A stretch of 64,000 bases of DNA from a virus. The notes under the pieces are model-generated. The model saw only the letters and a program-made list of their open reading frames with translations, was not told the DNA's origin and searched no databases. Positions 1 through 10,063 of the stretch are shown piece by piece; position 1 is the stretch's first letter, and the number at the start of each line of letters is the position of its first letter. The translations under genes and the position numbers were made by a program. The stretch spans positions 64,001 to 128,000 of the IMG/VR virus record IMGVR_UViG_3300005613_000006; one strand, written 5' to 3'.

Positions 1-158
1 AGTGGCCACAATAAAGCGAACTGTATTGTACGACATAGAAAAAACCAGAAGTCTCTACGGTCTGGACTATACTTCCACAGATTGTAGAGAAACCAGGGCG
101 TTGTTGCTAGGGCTCCGACCGCCCAAATAAATTCCAGTATCATCAGTGCGTAAATCAT
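1..158 (-). CDS. small membrane protein, runs off window start
   Basis: Own translation MIYALMILEFIWAVGALATTPWFLYNLW...; ATG overlaps the stop of 155..361. Confidence 0.6.
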   Translation of the reverse strand, partial: MIYALMILEFIWAVGALATTPWFLYNLWKYSPDRRDFWFFLCRTIQFALLWP

Positions 159-361
159 GGTTTGCGTATCACCTCTTTGAAATTGGGGTCTGGTCCCCAT
201 TTCCAATCCCTGTTACCAGTTTGTGCATTGACAATCCAGTGGCCAGCATTGGCTTTGGCGGCAGATTTCCTTGCGCTTTCGTATCCAGCGTCGAATACCA
301 TTACCCCTATCCAGATTAGGCAAATGACAATCGTTATTGACCCAAAAATTACATCCATCAT
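155..361 (-). CDS. small membrane protein
   Basis: N-terminal hydrophobic helix; 4-bp overlaps with neighbours. Confidence 0.7.
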   Translation of the reverse strand: MMDVIFGSITIVICLIWIGVMVFDAGYESARKSAAKANAGHWIVNAQTGNRDWKWGPDPNFKEVIRKP

Positions 362-882
362 TTCTTGAACTCCTGGCGAATCGCCTTCATTTCATCTGTA
401 TAGTCCTGCCATCCATAGTAGGCACTGATGAAATCTTGAAGCAAAGTAGAAAGAACAATACACTCACCGGGCGCTACCATGAGGCCAACGCGGGTCAGCT
501 TCTTGTCTCGCTGCGAACTGACGTTCAACGCCATCTTGTCGTCCAACTTCTTCAAGCTGACGGTGACGTTGCCCTTGTCGTTCTTGTGGAACAGTTTGCC
601 CTCGTTCTTGTGACGACGTAGGGCAAGCAGTAGTTCGGACACGTCTGGGATACCCAGTTTCACCGTGACACTTTGGCCGGTGCTGTTGTCCTGACCCGCC
701 CAGTCGAACGAGGCATTGTCGTTGGCATCCACGCCAGTCTGGTTGGCCATTTCCAAGAACAACATTGGCTCTGGAAACTTGCCTTCACGACGGGCTTTAA
801 CTACGAACTGAAACTTGGCGGCAGCGCCCTTCTCGTCTTTCTTTGGTTTGTAAATTCGGAACTCTTTCATTTGTCTCTCCAA
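358..882 (-). CDS. putative Whirly/PC4-like ssDNA-binding protein
   Basis: FRIYKP...GAAAKF start and repeated beta-beta-beta-helix pattern; next to SSAP. Confidence 0.4.
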   Translation of the reverse strand: MERQMKEFRIYKPKKDEKGAAAKFQFVVKARREGKFPEPMLFLEMANQTGVDANDNASFDWAGQDNSTGQSVTVKLGIPDVSELLLALRRHKNEGKLFHKNDKGNVTVSLKKLDDKMALNVSSQRDKKLTRVGLMVAPGECIVLSTLLQDFISAYYGWQDYTDEMKAIRQEFKK

Positions 883-1832
883 TTCGATTTGTATTCACCA
901 ACATCCTTTGGAACAGGGTACTTACCCCGTTGAATGTTGTTGAGATATTGCAGCATCTTCTGGGCTGTTGCCCGTGATACGGCCTCAATAGCCTCGTACT
1001 TGTTGTCTCCAAGGTTAATCACTTCCATGACGTTCATGTTCTTGCGACCGCAGATAATGTCGATAGCTTGAATCTGTTCATCACTGATGGGTTCCGAGGG
1101 TGCCCATCCTTCCTCAAACGGATTGTCCTTCTCTGCAATCTCGCTGTCTTCCTCCGCTGTGATTGTGTTGGTGAGGTCCAACAGCTTGCGGTAGATACGC
1201 CCTGCGGCCCTGGTTGCCGCTGTAGCAGATTGGTGCTTACAGTAGGGAGCATCGGTGTTTTCTTTGTTCACGTCGGCAATGTCTTCCAGATGGATAGTTT
1301 GACCTACCGCCGGGTGAGTGTCATTGGTAACTTGAACATCCACACTAACAACAACCGTAGCTGTGCCCAGGTTGTCTTTGGTGGGTGGGTCGTGGTCTGG
1401 AATGCGTGTGTCTACAATGGGGCCAATCAATAACCCTACCAGTCGATGACATCCAACGCATGTAGGACACCCATCTGTAAGTTCACTTTCGCGAAACTGA
1501 CGCATGACATAATCTTGCCATTCCTCCGACCCGAAAGCTGGTACTATTTCTGGAACCGGAATCTCGCCATCCTCATCAGGGTCCGTTGAAACAATGTGAG
1601 CGTCCTCTTCCTCGGCGGCGCTGAACATGTCGTCCGTTGCCTCGTCAGTCATTTCGGGGACAGCTTCGGCTTCCGCTGCCACGGCAGCCAGTTCCTCTTC
1701 CAAGCCCATCAGCAAAGCTACCAAGGGTTTCTTTGTCTGTCCCAGCACTTCCTCGTCTACAATCTTGTGCTTCTCACGAAGAATCTCGCGGATTTCGTCA
1801 ATGCCAGTTTGTTCATAACCAGTCTTAGCCAT
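867..1832 (-). CDS. putative single-strand annealing protein (Rad52/Sak-like)
   Basis: IADV...SATAATRAAGRIYRKLL...TAEE motif; acidic N-terminus. Confidence 0.55.
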   Translation of the reverse strand: MAKTGYEQTGIDEIREILREKHKIVDEEVLGQTKKPLVALLMGLEEELAAVAAEAEAVPEMTDEATDDMFSAAEEEDAHIVSTDPDEDGEIPVPEIVPAFGSEEWQDYVMRQFRESELTDGCPTCVGCHRLVGLLIGPIVDTRIPDHDPPTKDNLGTATVVVSVDVQVTNDTHPAVGQTIHLEDIADVNKENTDAPYCKHQSATAATRAAGRIYRKLLDLTNTITAEEDSEIAEKDNPFEEGWAPSEPISDEQIQAIDIICGRKNMNVMEVINLGDNKYEAIEAVSRATAQKMLQYLNNIQRGKYPVPKDVGEYKSNWRDK

Positions 1833-1834
1833 CG

Positions 1835-2617
1835 TTATACCTCAATTTCTATGAGCCGTTTGTTTTTCGCAGGAACTTTCCTGCGTATTTTCTCCAACGC
1901 TTTATGCACAGCCTCAAACACATCCCGTTCTAACTTAGCGGATACGTTCTTGTGTAAGTGCTTCACACGAATGATACACATTTTGTGCGCCAGCACAAGA
2001 CCCGTTTTCTGCAAGTCGGACTTGATGTTCTTCTTGAGTTTCTCTTCACCCCAGATGGGCAAGAAGTGGGCCGGGCCATCAATCTCAATGACTGTCCTCA
2101 ACTCAGGAATGAAAAGGTCGAGTTGCAACTTGGGGTTTGGGATAATATCATCCCTATGGAAATATACAGTAAAACCCGCGTCTGTCAAGTTATCTCGCAG
2201 GCTTTTCTCCAATTTTGAGCCTTCTTTTGAGGTTCTCCGAACCCCCTCTGCTGCCGCCGCGCGAAGCGCTTCTTGCTCGGCCTTGCTCATTTTGTCCCAC
2301 TGTTTTCTGGCGACCTCACTACGAGACCGCAACTTTTCTTCATCAGACTCGGCCCAGTCCTTCGCCACGCCCTCAGATATGCGAATCTTGGTCTCAGAAG
2401 ACCGCTCAGAACCGGCTGTAGGGTGCCTAGCGCGTCCAGATTTTAATGCCGACGCCTGTGCGGCACTCTTATCCCTCAGTTCTACGCCGTCTTTAATGAG
2501 AGCCCGTCTGACGGCATTTGGATAAGTTCCCAGTTCGCGGGCAATGTCGGCAATCGACCGTTCTTTGGTGACGTATTGCTTGAACCGCCACTTTTCTGTC
2601 TTGAGTTTGTTAGCCAC
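1835..2617 (-). CDS. HTH + Vsr/DUF559-like PD-(D/E)XK endonuclease
   Basis: SIADIARELGTYPNAVRRAL HTH; LDLFIPELRTVIEIDGPAHF nuclease motif. Confidence 0.7.
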   Translation of the reverse strand: MANKLKTEKWRFKQYVTKERSIADIARELGTYPNAVRRALIKDGVELRDKSAAQASALKSGRARHPTAGSERSSETKIRISEGVAKDWAESDEEKLRSRSEVARKQWDKMSKAEQEALRAAAAEGVRRTSKEGSKLEKSLRDNLTDAGFTVYFHRDDIIPNPKLQLDLFIPELRTVIEIDGPAHFLPIWGEEKLKKNIKSDLQKTGLVLAHKMCIIRVKHLHKNVSAKLERDVFEAVHKALEKIRRKVPAKNKRLIEIEV

Positions 2618-3554
2618 GGATATGCTCCCTCCACCAATCGACAGTCATGCTCAAACCTTGGTTCAACGATACTTCGTTGAGGAAACCAAAGCCTGCCCTG
2701 GCTTTCTGAATGTTCAGACAACGCCGTGGTTGACCGTCTGGTTTACTTTTGTCATAGATGATGTTGTACTGATTGCATCTCATCCCTAATGTAGAACAGA
2801 TACGCTCAGCCAAGTTGTGAATGAATATCTCTTCGCCGGAACCAATGTTCACCGGCTCTGCGCCGTTATAGTTTTCCATTGCTAAACGAATGGCGCGGGC
2901 ACACTCTCCAACGTAGAGGAATTCCCTGCTGACTTTCCCGGTTCCCCATAGTTTGATGATGCCATCGGTTTCACAGGCTACTGCTGCCTTGTTGATAATG
3001 GCTGGAATTACATGGGAAGTGTACGGATGGAAGTTGTCATTTGGTCCATACATATTTGTAGGAATCAACGTGATGCAGTTGAACCCATACTGTTCTCTGT
3101 ATCCCTGCCCCATGAGCATCAGAGATTTCTTGGCGATGCCATACGGCGCATTAGTTTCTTCGGGGAATCCATCCCAGAGTTCCTCTTCCACAAACGGAAT
3201 AGTTTTGGGAACCTTGGGATAGGCACATACTGTTCCTATGTTGATGAACTTCTCGCACTTCCACTTGCGGGCGGTCTCCATAACATTGAGGCCCATCTGC
3301 ATATTCTCGTAGAAGAACCGTCCTGGGTTGTCTTGGTTGGCCCCGATGCCACCGACCGCTGCTGCCAAGTGAATTACCACTCTGGGTTTCTCGGCGTAGA
3401 ACATGAACTTCACGGACTCTTTGTTGAGCAAGTCACACTGACCGTGAGTCAGCGCAATGACATTCTTGTATTTGCGACACGCCAGTTCTTCTTGCAGGGC
3501 CGTACCCAGAAAACCATGTCCACCTGTTATCAATATCCTGCTATCTTTGTTCAT
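2610..3554 (-). CDS. fcl: GDP-L-fucose synthase
   Basis: ITGGHGFLG Rossmann motif, LAAAVGGIGAN, YGIAK, PDGQPRRCL. Confidence 0.93.
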   Translation of the reverse strand: MNKDSRILITGGHGFLGTALQEELACRKYKNVIALTHGQCDLLNKESVKFMFYAEKPRVVIHLAAAVGGIGANQDNPGRFFYENMQMGLNVMETARKWKCEKFINIGTVCAYPKVPKTIPFVEEELWDGFPEETNAPYGIAKKSLMLMGQGYREQYGFNCITLIPTNMYGPNDNFHPYTSHVIPAIINKAAVACETDGIIKLWGTGKVSREFLYVGECARAIRLAMENYNGAEPVNIGSGEEIFIHNLAERICSTLGMRCNQYNIIYDKSKPDGQPRRCLNIQKARAGFGFLNEVSLNQGLSMTVDWWREHIRG

Positions 3555-4029
3555 TACACTCTCTCCCTATTACATCAATGAATTGCAATACTGAACAATC
3601 TTCCACTACATGAGAAACTTTGACGTTGAAGCACTGGCTAATGACCTTTTGGTGTTGTTCGCACCTCGCTATCAGCGTCAAGTTCTCATGCGTAAAGACA
3701 TCCTCAAAAATTCCCCACACTCTCTGCGGTCCCCTCATCCACTCCATATCCCACACGTAGAAGAACTTCATTTGGGGGCCAGGAAAGTCTACCAATTTGA
3801 TGGCGGTTGCAATCGACGTAGCAATGGTTGGCCCCGTTTGACACCACGCCTCGGCCATCTGCATGATGGTGAAGTTGGGCATCATACATTGTCGGTGCAT
3901 GTTATCGTAGAAAACAATGATGTCGGTGTCGTGGTGTGTCACCACATAATCATTGATGCTGGTGCCAAGTTGGAGTGCCATTTGTCCTGCGCCCAAATTG
4001 TCTACTAGTATGTTGATGTTTCTAAACAT
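3541..4029 (-). CDS. hypothetical protein (glycan cluster)
   Basis: ORF coupled to neighbours; FFYVWDMEW motif. Confidence 0.7.
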   Translation of the reverse strand: MFRNINILVDNLGAGQMALQLGTSINDYVVTHHDTDIIVFYDNMHRQCMMPNFTIMQMAEAWCQTGPTIATSIATAIKLVDFPGPQMKFFYVWDMEWMRGPQRVWGIFEDVFTHENLTLIARCEQHQKVISQCFNVKVSHVVEDCSVLQFIDVIGRECNEQR

Positions 4030-4837
4030 GGCATTCCTCCCATTGAAGGTCTATTTCTTGGTGACAGCTAGTTACCTCTAGGTCTTTTACTGTCTTGTCT
4101 AAACTAAGCCGGTCACCCCCCAAAAACCTTCGGTTCATTTCCGCCGCCTTGTACTCTTCCTTGTTGCCCACCTTGTTTGGAAATAGGCTTTGTACGCGAT
4201 TGACGGCGGCATTGACGAAAACACTTATCGGGGGACACAACATCAATGGCTCAACGCTGGAAACAAAGGCTTGTAGTTGAGCCTCTAGTTGATTCGGCTG
4301 TGTGAACTGCGCCTTTTCCAACAAGCACAGGATTTCATCGCGGCGGAATATGTGGGCGTCTACCGATAACGGATAATTGTAGTTCGTGTATGGGTCGCAT
4401 GTATTCCTGTTCCAAAGTAGGAACGGCCCTGCGTCTTGAAAGTTGGGCTGGCGAATACTGCGGTGTGACTGGTATTGCCATGCGGTGTTACGCCCTAATC
4501 TCAACGACAAACATGATGCTTTTGGATGTGCAACCATTGCTTTTTTGACATGTTCATGGTTGAATCCTGGCTTGCGCCACATGATTTGGTCGTCTACAAG
4601 AAAACAAAACAATGGACCACAGTTTCGCACAGCTTCCATTACATCGAATTTCAGCTTGGTTTCTTCTTGAAAGTGGGCTCCATCCAGATGCGTGTAGGCT
4701 TGGGCGTAGTCGGCATCGGACGCGCGATACAAAATCAGCGGCTCATTGAATATCCCCTCGCCATTGATATGCAATGACTGCAATAGGAGGTCCAGTTGTG
4801 CCGCACGGTCTTTCGAGAAAACGATTGCGTCTATCAT
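4022..4837 (-). CDS. GT-A-fold glycosyltransferase-like protein
   Basis: IVFSKDRAAQLDLLLQSL start, FLVDD (DxD-like). Confidence 0.6.
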   Translation of the reverse strand: MIDAIVFSKDRAAQLDLLLQSLHINGEGIFNEPLILYRASDADYAQAYTHLDGAHFQEETKLKFDVMEAVRNCGPLFCFLVDDQIMWRKPGFNHEHVKKAMVAHPKASCLSLRLGRNTAWQYQSHRSIRQPNFQDAGPFLLWNRNTCDPYTNYNYPLSVDAHIFRRDEILCLLEKAQFTQPNQLEAQLQAFVSSVEPLMLCPPISVFVNAAVNRVQSLFPNKVGNKEEYKAAEMNRRFLGGDRLSLDKTVKDLEVTSCHQEIDLQWEECHV

Positions 4838-5574
4838 TTGAACACGGTCTCCAAAATGTGCTTAACGAGAATGGTGTATGTTGCCTTTTCCATTGCTGGA
4901 TAGTGGGCGTCAACCCACTCTTGACATTCTTCGGGCTCCTGTAGACAGTGAGACACCATACCATACAAGTCTTCCAAGTCTCCCTCTTCTACCCGAGGTA
5001 TCTCCAATTCTTCCGCCACTTCCTTTCGGTCGGTCAGACAGAACGCTTTGCAGTTAATGGCCCTCATCCCCTCTACTATATTTGTCACAAAGGCTATCTT
5101 GGTTGATGAATATGCCTGACAGTGTTCCTCAGTTTGAACGAAGCCCACGTATTGTGGAATAGGCCATGTCCACGGCCCGAAAATCTTCAAGTTGAACTTA
5201 CCCACGGGCCACGCGAGAGACATTACCATAGGATTGGGAGACCCAATGTAGACAACATCTGATTCCATGTGTGGGTTAGGGTCTACATGGTGGAATGTAA
5301 TGTCATCTACCACGTTGGGCAACTCCATTTCTTCTCCATCGAGTATCCATATATTCTGGTCCACCTGGACCATTGTGTGCATATCTGGACGCGCCTCAAT
5401 ACACTTCTCCATCGCACGGTCGGCCTTGGTGGTTAGGATGAATACATCGGGGTTGATTTCATCAAATATGTCGAAGGCTGGTGTATTCTGCCACAAGAAA
5501 GTCTCATGCCCCAGCTTCTCGAACGCCACTGCTAATCCCATTATGTCGGGATGGTGTTTACACAGTATCTTCAT
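4834..5574 (-). CDS. GT-B-like protein (CgeB/glycosyltransferase-like)
   Basis: Probable start MKILCK at 5574; DVVYIG, YSSTKI motifs. Confidence 0.5.
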   Translation of the reverse strand: MKILCKHHPDIMGLAVAFEKLGHETFLWQNTPAFDIFDEINPDVFILTTKADRAMEKCIEARPDMHTMVQVDQNIWILDGEEMELPNVVDDITFHHVDPNPHMESDVVYIGSPNPMVMSLAWPVGKFNLKIFGPWTWPIPQYVGFVQTEEHCQAYSSTKIAFVTNIVEGMRAINCKAFCLTDRKEVAEELEIPRVEEGDLEDLYGMVSHCLQEPEECQEWVDAHYPAMEKATYTILVKHILETVFK

Positions 5575-5956
5575 CCTCATCCTCCCAGAGTTCAAAATTC
5601 CACGACCCATCTGGCGCGACCACCTTGCATGATTGAACGATGGTAGTAGTGCGAGTGCCTCCGTCGTCCAGTTTTTGGAATTCCATGTGCATACCCTTGC
5701 CAATGTGTCCAATTTTCAAACAAGAACCGCCCCATGTACAACCATTGAATCGTCTTTCGACTTCTTCCAAGTAGGTAGTTCCATTGCGAACTCGCACAAT
5801 GCCATTTGTTGGGTCTACGAAGGTAATTTCGTACACGTTGTTAAGTGTTTCGGCGTATAGCTTTGTGCCTTCCTCGAACTTGCACGTGTCAACGCAACCC
5901 TTTTCAGCTTTGGAATTTAGCTGTGCTTGTAGTTTCTTGTCAATATGGTCGCTCAT
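5558..5956 (-). CDS. hypothetical protein
   Basis: ORF tiling between neighbours. Confidence 0.7.
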   Translation of the reverse strand: MSDHIDKKLQAQLNSKAEKGCVDTCKFEEGTKLYAETLNNVYEITFVDPTNGIVRVRNGTTYLEEVERRFNGCTWGGSCLKIGHIGKGMHMEFQKLDDGGTRTTTIVQSCKVVAPDGSWNFELWEDEDEDTV

Positions 5957-6696
5957 ATCATCCTCGCCTGCTCAAGTTCTTTGGGGGTATCCACTTCTGC
6001 AATCCGCATGTGCTGCGGCTCTATTGCGGAGAAGACTCCTCCTCTATTGATGACGTTGTTTAACACTTCGTACCCAAACCATTTCTCTGTTTCGGTATTG
6101 AAGACAGATGTTTCAAACAGGCGTAGTTCTTCGTCAATCAGGTAGACCATCTGGCCCCATTTAGTATCGAGACCATAGGACAGATTGGTGACTACACCTT
6201 CGTGCGTCTGTACTCCAACCTCTTCTGCCTTAAAGTGGTTCTTGGAATCCACCAGCAGGGCTGATGGACCAGTGGCCAATGTGCGAATCGCGTTGGCATT
6301 GAACACTAAATCTCCGTACACTATCAACACGCGCGGCGAGATAGTCGCTTGCATAGCCAGTTGTAAACTATATGCCACATTGGTGTCTTCGTAAAACGGG
6401 TTGGTGATGAAACGAACCGGCATAATGCCGCGAAATTGTTTCCTCACCTTGTCTCCCTGGAACCCAATAACAACAACGATTTCAGCTTGTGGATACTCTG
6501 CCCACAGCATTTTCAGTTGGCGTTCCAGTATTGTTATGCCCCGGTTTAATGACAGCAGAGCCTTGGGGCCAAGCGACTTCATGCGCTTGCCTACGCTCGC
6601 TGCCGGAATTATGATAGTTAAGGCGTCGTTATTGCTTGAACTTGGGGCTACCCTCTTCGTAGAGGTAATGTGTCGTGAAGCACTATTGTTGCCCAT
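5953..6696 (-). CDS. sugar/choline-phosphate nucleotidyltransferase (LicC-like)
   Basis: IIIPAASVGKRMKSLGPKALL, VYGDLVF, EVDTPKEL. Confidence 0.8.
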   Translation of the reverse strand: MGNNSASRHITSTKRVAPSSSNNDALTIIIPAASVGKRMKSLGPKALLSLNRGITILERQLKMLWAEYPQAEIVVVIGFQGDKVRKQFRGIMPVRFITNPFYEDTNVAYSLQLAMQATISPRVLIVYGDLVFNANAIRTLATGPSALLVDSKNHFKAEEVGVQTHEGVVTNLSYGLDTKWGQMVYLIDEELRLFETSVFNTETEKWFGYEVLNNVINRGGVFSAIEPQHMRIAEVDTPKELEQARMI

Positions 6697-7492
6697 GTCT
6701 CTCCCTTAGTTTTCGTTGCACAGTTTGCCAGTCTTCTCTCCAGCGGGCTTCCTTTACGGTGTCAGTTGCGTTGAAGCCTGTCACGGTGTAGACTTGCAAC
6801 GCTTCTGGAATATGGATAGCTGCATAGCGTTCGGTAATCCGCAGCCACAAGTCCCAATCTTCACACGTTCGTAAATCCTCATCATATACTCCAACTTCAT
6901 CCAAAGCCTTCTTGCTGATAAGCGGTGAGTTGGAAATGATGTTCTCTCTCTCAAGTTTCGAGCGATGAAACGGCTGGCGAAATTCGTGCATTATGACGCC
7001 AGTGTGCAGATTGTTAATCAGTACATCGCTGTATACCATGCCAATACGGTCGGTATCTTTAACCCACTGGTCGATGGATTTCTGTAGTTTGCCGGGGAGC
7101 CATTCATCGTCAGCATCGAGGACGCCGTATACGTCAGTCATGTTCCAGCCAAACTTGATGCCGATATTGCGAGCCGCCGAAGGCCCGGTCGGCTGCTCAT
7201 TGCGGAAGAGGTATACTGGCCGATTGTCTACCAGTCCACCCAAGACGTTCTCCAACGGAGTCTCTATATATTCCTCAAAGAGTTCACAGACACGCTCATG
7301 TGAGTTGTCTTCGGAGCCATCGTCTATGACGCACACAATCAAGTGGTCAAACTCTTGCTGTGTGGCACTTTGAATGGCTTGTTGTACGAAGTCGGCGTGG
7401 TTATGGCATGGGATTACCACGCACACAATCGGTTCTAGCGGCTTGGCATCGTCGGGACGATTTCCTCGACCGGCTTTATTAGATACTGACAT
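6683..7492 (-). CDS. GT2 family glycosyltransferase
   Basis: VVIPCHN, IDDGSED, GPSAARN, LDADD, EDWDLWLR. Confidence 0.92.
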   Translation of the reverse strand: MSVSNKAGRGNRPDDAKPLEPIVCVVIPCHNHADFVQQAIQSATQQEFDHLIVCVIDDGSEDNSHERVCELFEEYIETPLENVLGGLVDNRPVYLFRNEQPTGPSAARNIGIKFGWNMTDVYGVLDADDEWLPGKLQKSIDQWVKDTDRIGMVYSDVLINNLHTGVIMHEFRQPFHRSKLERENIISNSPLISKKALDEVGVYDEDLRTCEDWDLWLRITERYAAIHIPEALQVYTVTGFNATDTVKEARWREDWQTVQRKLRERHGQQ

Positions 7493-8244
7493 TCTTGTTT
7501 CTCCGCTACTTTCTCAATCTTTTCAATGGCGTTTGTGTCGTCAATGCTCCCACGAACCAACTTCACGGTATTTCGCTGTAGAACAAAACCGTTGCCGTCG
7601 TCTAATCCTTTCAATACCAAGAAGCGCTGGAGTTGGTCATTCAGGAAGCTGTCAATGCAATACAGGAAGTTGTCGGGCGGCTCGTAGCCTGCGTAGAACA
7701 GGGCGAAGTATGTCGTCTTTGACTTTTGGGTAGCCAAGTCGATGTACTGCAAGTGCCCCTTCTTTTTACCCATGATAACTTCAAACTGCCAGGGTATTTC
7801 CAACGTGTTTGCCCAGTGGAAAAAATCGCTGGGGCGAATGTGTGGGTACGTCAGGAATATGATGCGATTTGGTTTTACTCTACCTCTCTTTAATGCTTCA
7901 ACTGTGCGAAGGGCATCGTCCAGAGTTTCATCTAAGCCAATAACAACCACAGCATCACACCGAAACGTGACTTCCTTACGGACTGCCACAGCACACTGGT
8001 CGAAATCAAGCAACTGTTTGTCGGTTGCCCACTTCTGAGGTCGGCAGTAGACGCACACACGTCCAGGCAACGTGTTGTATGTACGACCGTTCACGTCGGT
8101 TATCTCTTTGATTTTCGCGCCCTGGTCACGATAACGCTCCAGCACACGCATCTGACAGCCAACCTGTTTCTCGTCTTCCCAATCGACAAAAACACACTCA
8201 CTACAGATTGTCTCTACTTGTTCTTGTTCGTATTTTGCACTCAT
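7435..8244 (-). CDS. hypothetical protein, Cys-rich N-terminus, degenerate GT-A-like
   Basis: CSECVF...GC...CVYCR; operon tiling. Confidence 0.65.
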   Translation of the reverse strand: MSAKYEQEQVETICSECVFVDWEDEKQVGCQMRVLERYRDQGAKIKEITDVNGRTYNTLPGRVCVYCRPQKWATDKQLLDFDQCAVAVRKEVTFRCDAVVVIGLDETLDDALRTVEALKRGRVKPNRIIFLTYPHIRPSDFFHWANTLEIPWQFEVIMGKKKGHLQYIDLATQKSKTTYFALFYAGYEPPDNFLYCIDSFLNDQLQRFLVLKGLDDGNGFVLQRNTVKLVRGSIDDTNAIEKIEKVAEKQECQYLIKPVEEIVPTMPSR

Positions 8245-8720
8245 GGTCTTTTAGCCTCCACGATGAAATGGTATCCTGTGACACGCTTTTTGATGATAGT
8301 CAATCCCATTGTCGCAAGAAAATTTGATAGACCCAAAGCTGTCAGCGTTATCTTCTTGACAAACTGTGGATTATCGGCGGCGTGTCCGTGCAAATGCGCG
8401 TTGGCTTGATGCACGTCAATCGCATAGGTTGTGAAACCCTTGCAGACCTCATACAAGTCGGTGCCTCCGATAATAAGTGTGCCACCGTGGCGCAGTTTGG
8501 CAACCCAGTGTGACAGTACATCCATCACAATATCTGCTGGCAGATAATCAATCACGTCGTTGGCAACGATTTCTGTGGCCTCGGCGTCGTCCACCCACGC
8601 ACTAAGTTTGAATGTTGGGTCACCAATCTTGAGTTCGTCCGTTTCCTCGGTAGCAAATGGACTGACATTTAGGTAACCGCTTCGCGGTTCCTCTTCTGTG
8701 TACAACAGGTTTATTCTCAT
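8241..8720 (-). CDS. class I SAM methyltransferase-like protein
   Basis: MRINL start; EIVANDVIDYL...KLRHGGTLII. Confidence 0.6.
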   Translation of the reverse strand: MRINLLYTEEEPRSGYLNVSPFATEETDELKIGDPTFKLSAWVDDAEATEIVANDVIDYLPADIVMDVLSHWVAKLRHGGTLIIGGTDLYEVCKGFTTYAIDVHQANAHLHGHAADNPQFVKKITLTALGLSNFLATMGLTIIKKRVTGYHFIVEAKRP

Positions 8721-9727
8721 AGCGTCACCGCCTTCCTGAATATCTCGTCCCACTTATGTGTGAATCTTTCTAGCGAGAACTTCTCTTCTACAGTTCTACG
8801 TCCTGCCTCCCCAATCTCACGCGCCATAGTTGGGTTGTCCAACAGGGTTTGTGTGTACGCGCGCAACTCTTGAAGGTCGTTCGACACGAATCCATTGACT
8901 CCATGCTCAATCACAATCTCAGGAATGAGACACGTCGCCGTGGACACTACCGGAGTACCACACGCCATCGCTTCCAGAATAACAGTAGGAAGGGAGGACA
9001 CGGTTGTTGTGTTGAGGTAGACCGAGGCGGTGTTGTAGGCTTCAATCAGGGCCTCGACCGACTCAGCCGGTTCGGACAATCCTGGTGTACCGCCCAAAAC
9101 CTTGACTGGAATTATCGAGCCCTTGCCGGTAACTTGCTCCCAGATACGGTAGCCACAGCACCAATCCCTATTTATCCAGTCGTTACACACCGACAAAACT
9201 ACCTTTTCACGCTCCATATCCAGCGGTCGGAACATTTCCAGGTCAAGACCAGTGTGGTTCACTTCGCCGTGGTCGTCTGGGAAGCCCCAGGCTTGGCGAC
9301 CGTACTCGCTCACGAACACGTCAATGTCGCCACTCATTTCCCTGGCTTGCGCCTTCTGGACCTCAGTGTATTCCGGCATGGGCAGTGTATGTTCCATACT
9401 GATAAGTGGCACCTTCAATAGGTTGGATAACGCCTGCCCATACTGGAATTGTCCTACTTTGTTTTGTGATAGTATCACGTCAATGTCAACCCAGTGTGGA
9501 ATCTGGTCGTCGCCCATGCGCGAATCAAGCAGCATGTAGTTGGGTGGCACCGGAGCGTAGTCTTTGTTCCAGTCCTTAATCCCTTCTGCTCTCCACGCAT
9601 AGAAGTTGTGACCACACTGACACATCATGGTTTCGTAGCGCTCATGCGTCGGAAACGTCAGGATGTTCAAGGGTTCATCTTCGCCGCGCGTGGCGTAGCG
9701 AAGGAGTGTGTGTATTTGACTTGGCAT
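8717..9727 (-). CDS. GT4 family glycosyltransferase
   Basis: LEAMACGTPVVST, IEHGVNGFV. Confidence 0.9.
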   Translation of the reverse strand: MPSQIHTLLRYATRGEDEPLNILTFPTHERYETMMCQCGHNFYAWRAEGIKDWNKDYAPVPPNYMLLDSRMGDDQIPHWVDIDVILSQNKVGQFQYGQALSNLLKVPLISMEHTLPMPEYTEVQKAQAREMSGDIDVFVSEYGRQAWGFPDDHGEVNHTGLDLEMFRPLDMEREKVVLSVCNDWINRDWCCGYRIWEQVTGKGSIIPVKVLGGTPGLSEPAESVEALIEAYNTASVYLNTTTVSSLPTVILEAMACGTPVVSTATCLIPEIVIEHGVNGFVSNDLQELRAYTQTLLDNPTMAREIGEAGRRTVEEKFSLERFTHKWDEIFRKAVTL

Positions 9728-10063
9728 TCAATCTTCCTTCCTGTGAATCTGCAACATACGACCATCTTGCAAAGCAATTTCTCCTGGTCTCTTTCCATGC
9801 CCACAACAACTTCCCCTCATATCAATGCCTGCGGCTTGTAGCGCGGCTACTATTGGGGCAACACATGCGTCGATTTGTGCAAATTTCCATTTTTCTTTTC
9901 CGGTACAACTTAGGTCGGCGGGAATCTTGACGTATACACCAACGGGCTGTTTTCCACATCGCTTACACGGGCGAACACCGGCTGTTTCACCTGTGTCTAC
10001 CCAGACCCATTGTGAACCATTCCACACAATTTCATGTCCGTGTGATTCGCTAGTTGCTGTCAT
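9728..10063 (-). CDS. hypothetical Cys-rich protein
   Basis: CKRC; IDACVAPIVAALQAAGI...SCCGH. Confidence 0.7.
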   Translation of the reverse strand: MTATSESHGHEIVWNGSQWVWVDTGETAGVRPCKRCGKQPVGVYVKIPADLSCTGKEKWKFAQIDACVAPIVAALQAAGIDMRGSCCGHGKRPGEIALQDGRMLQIHRKED

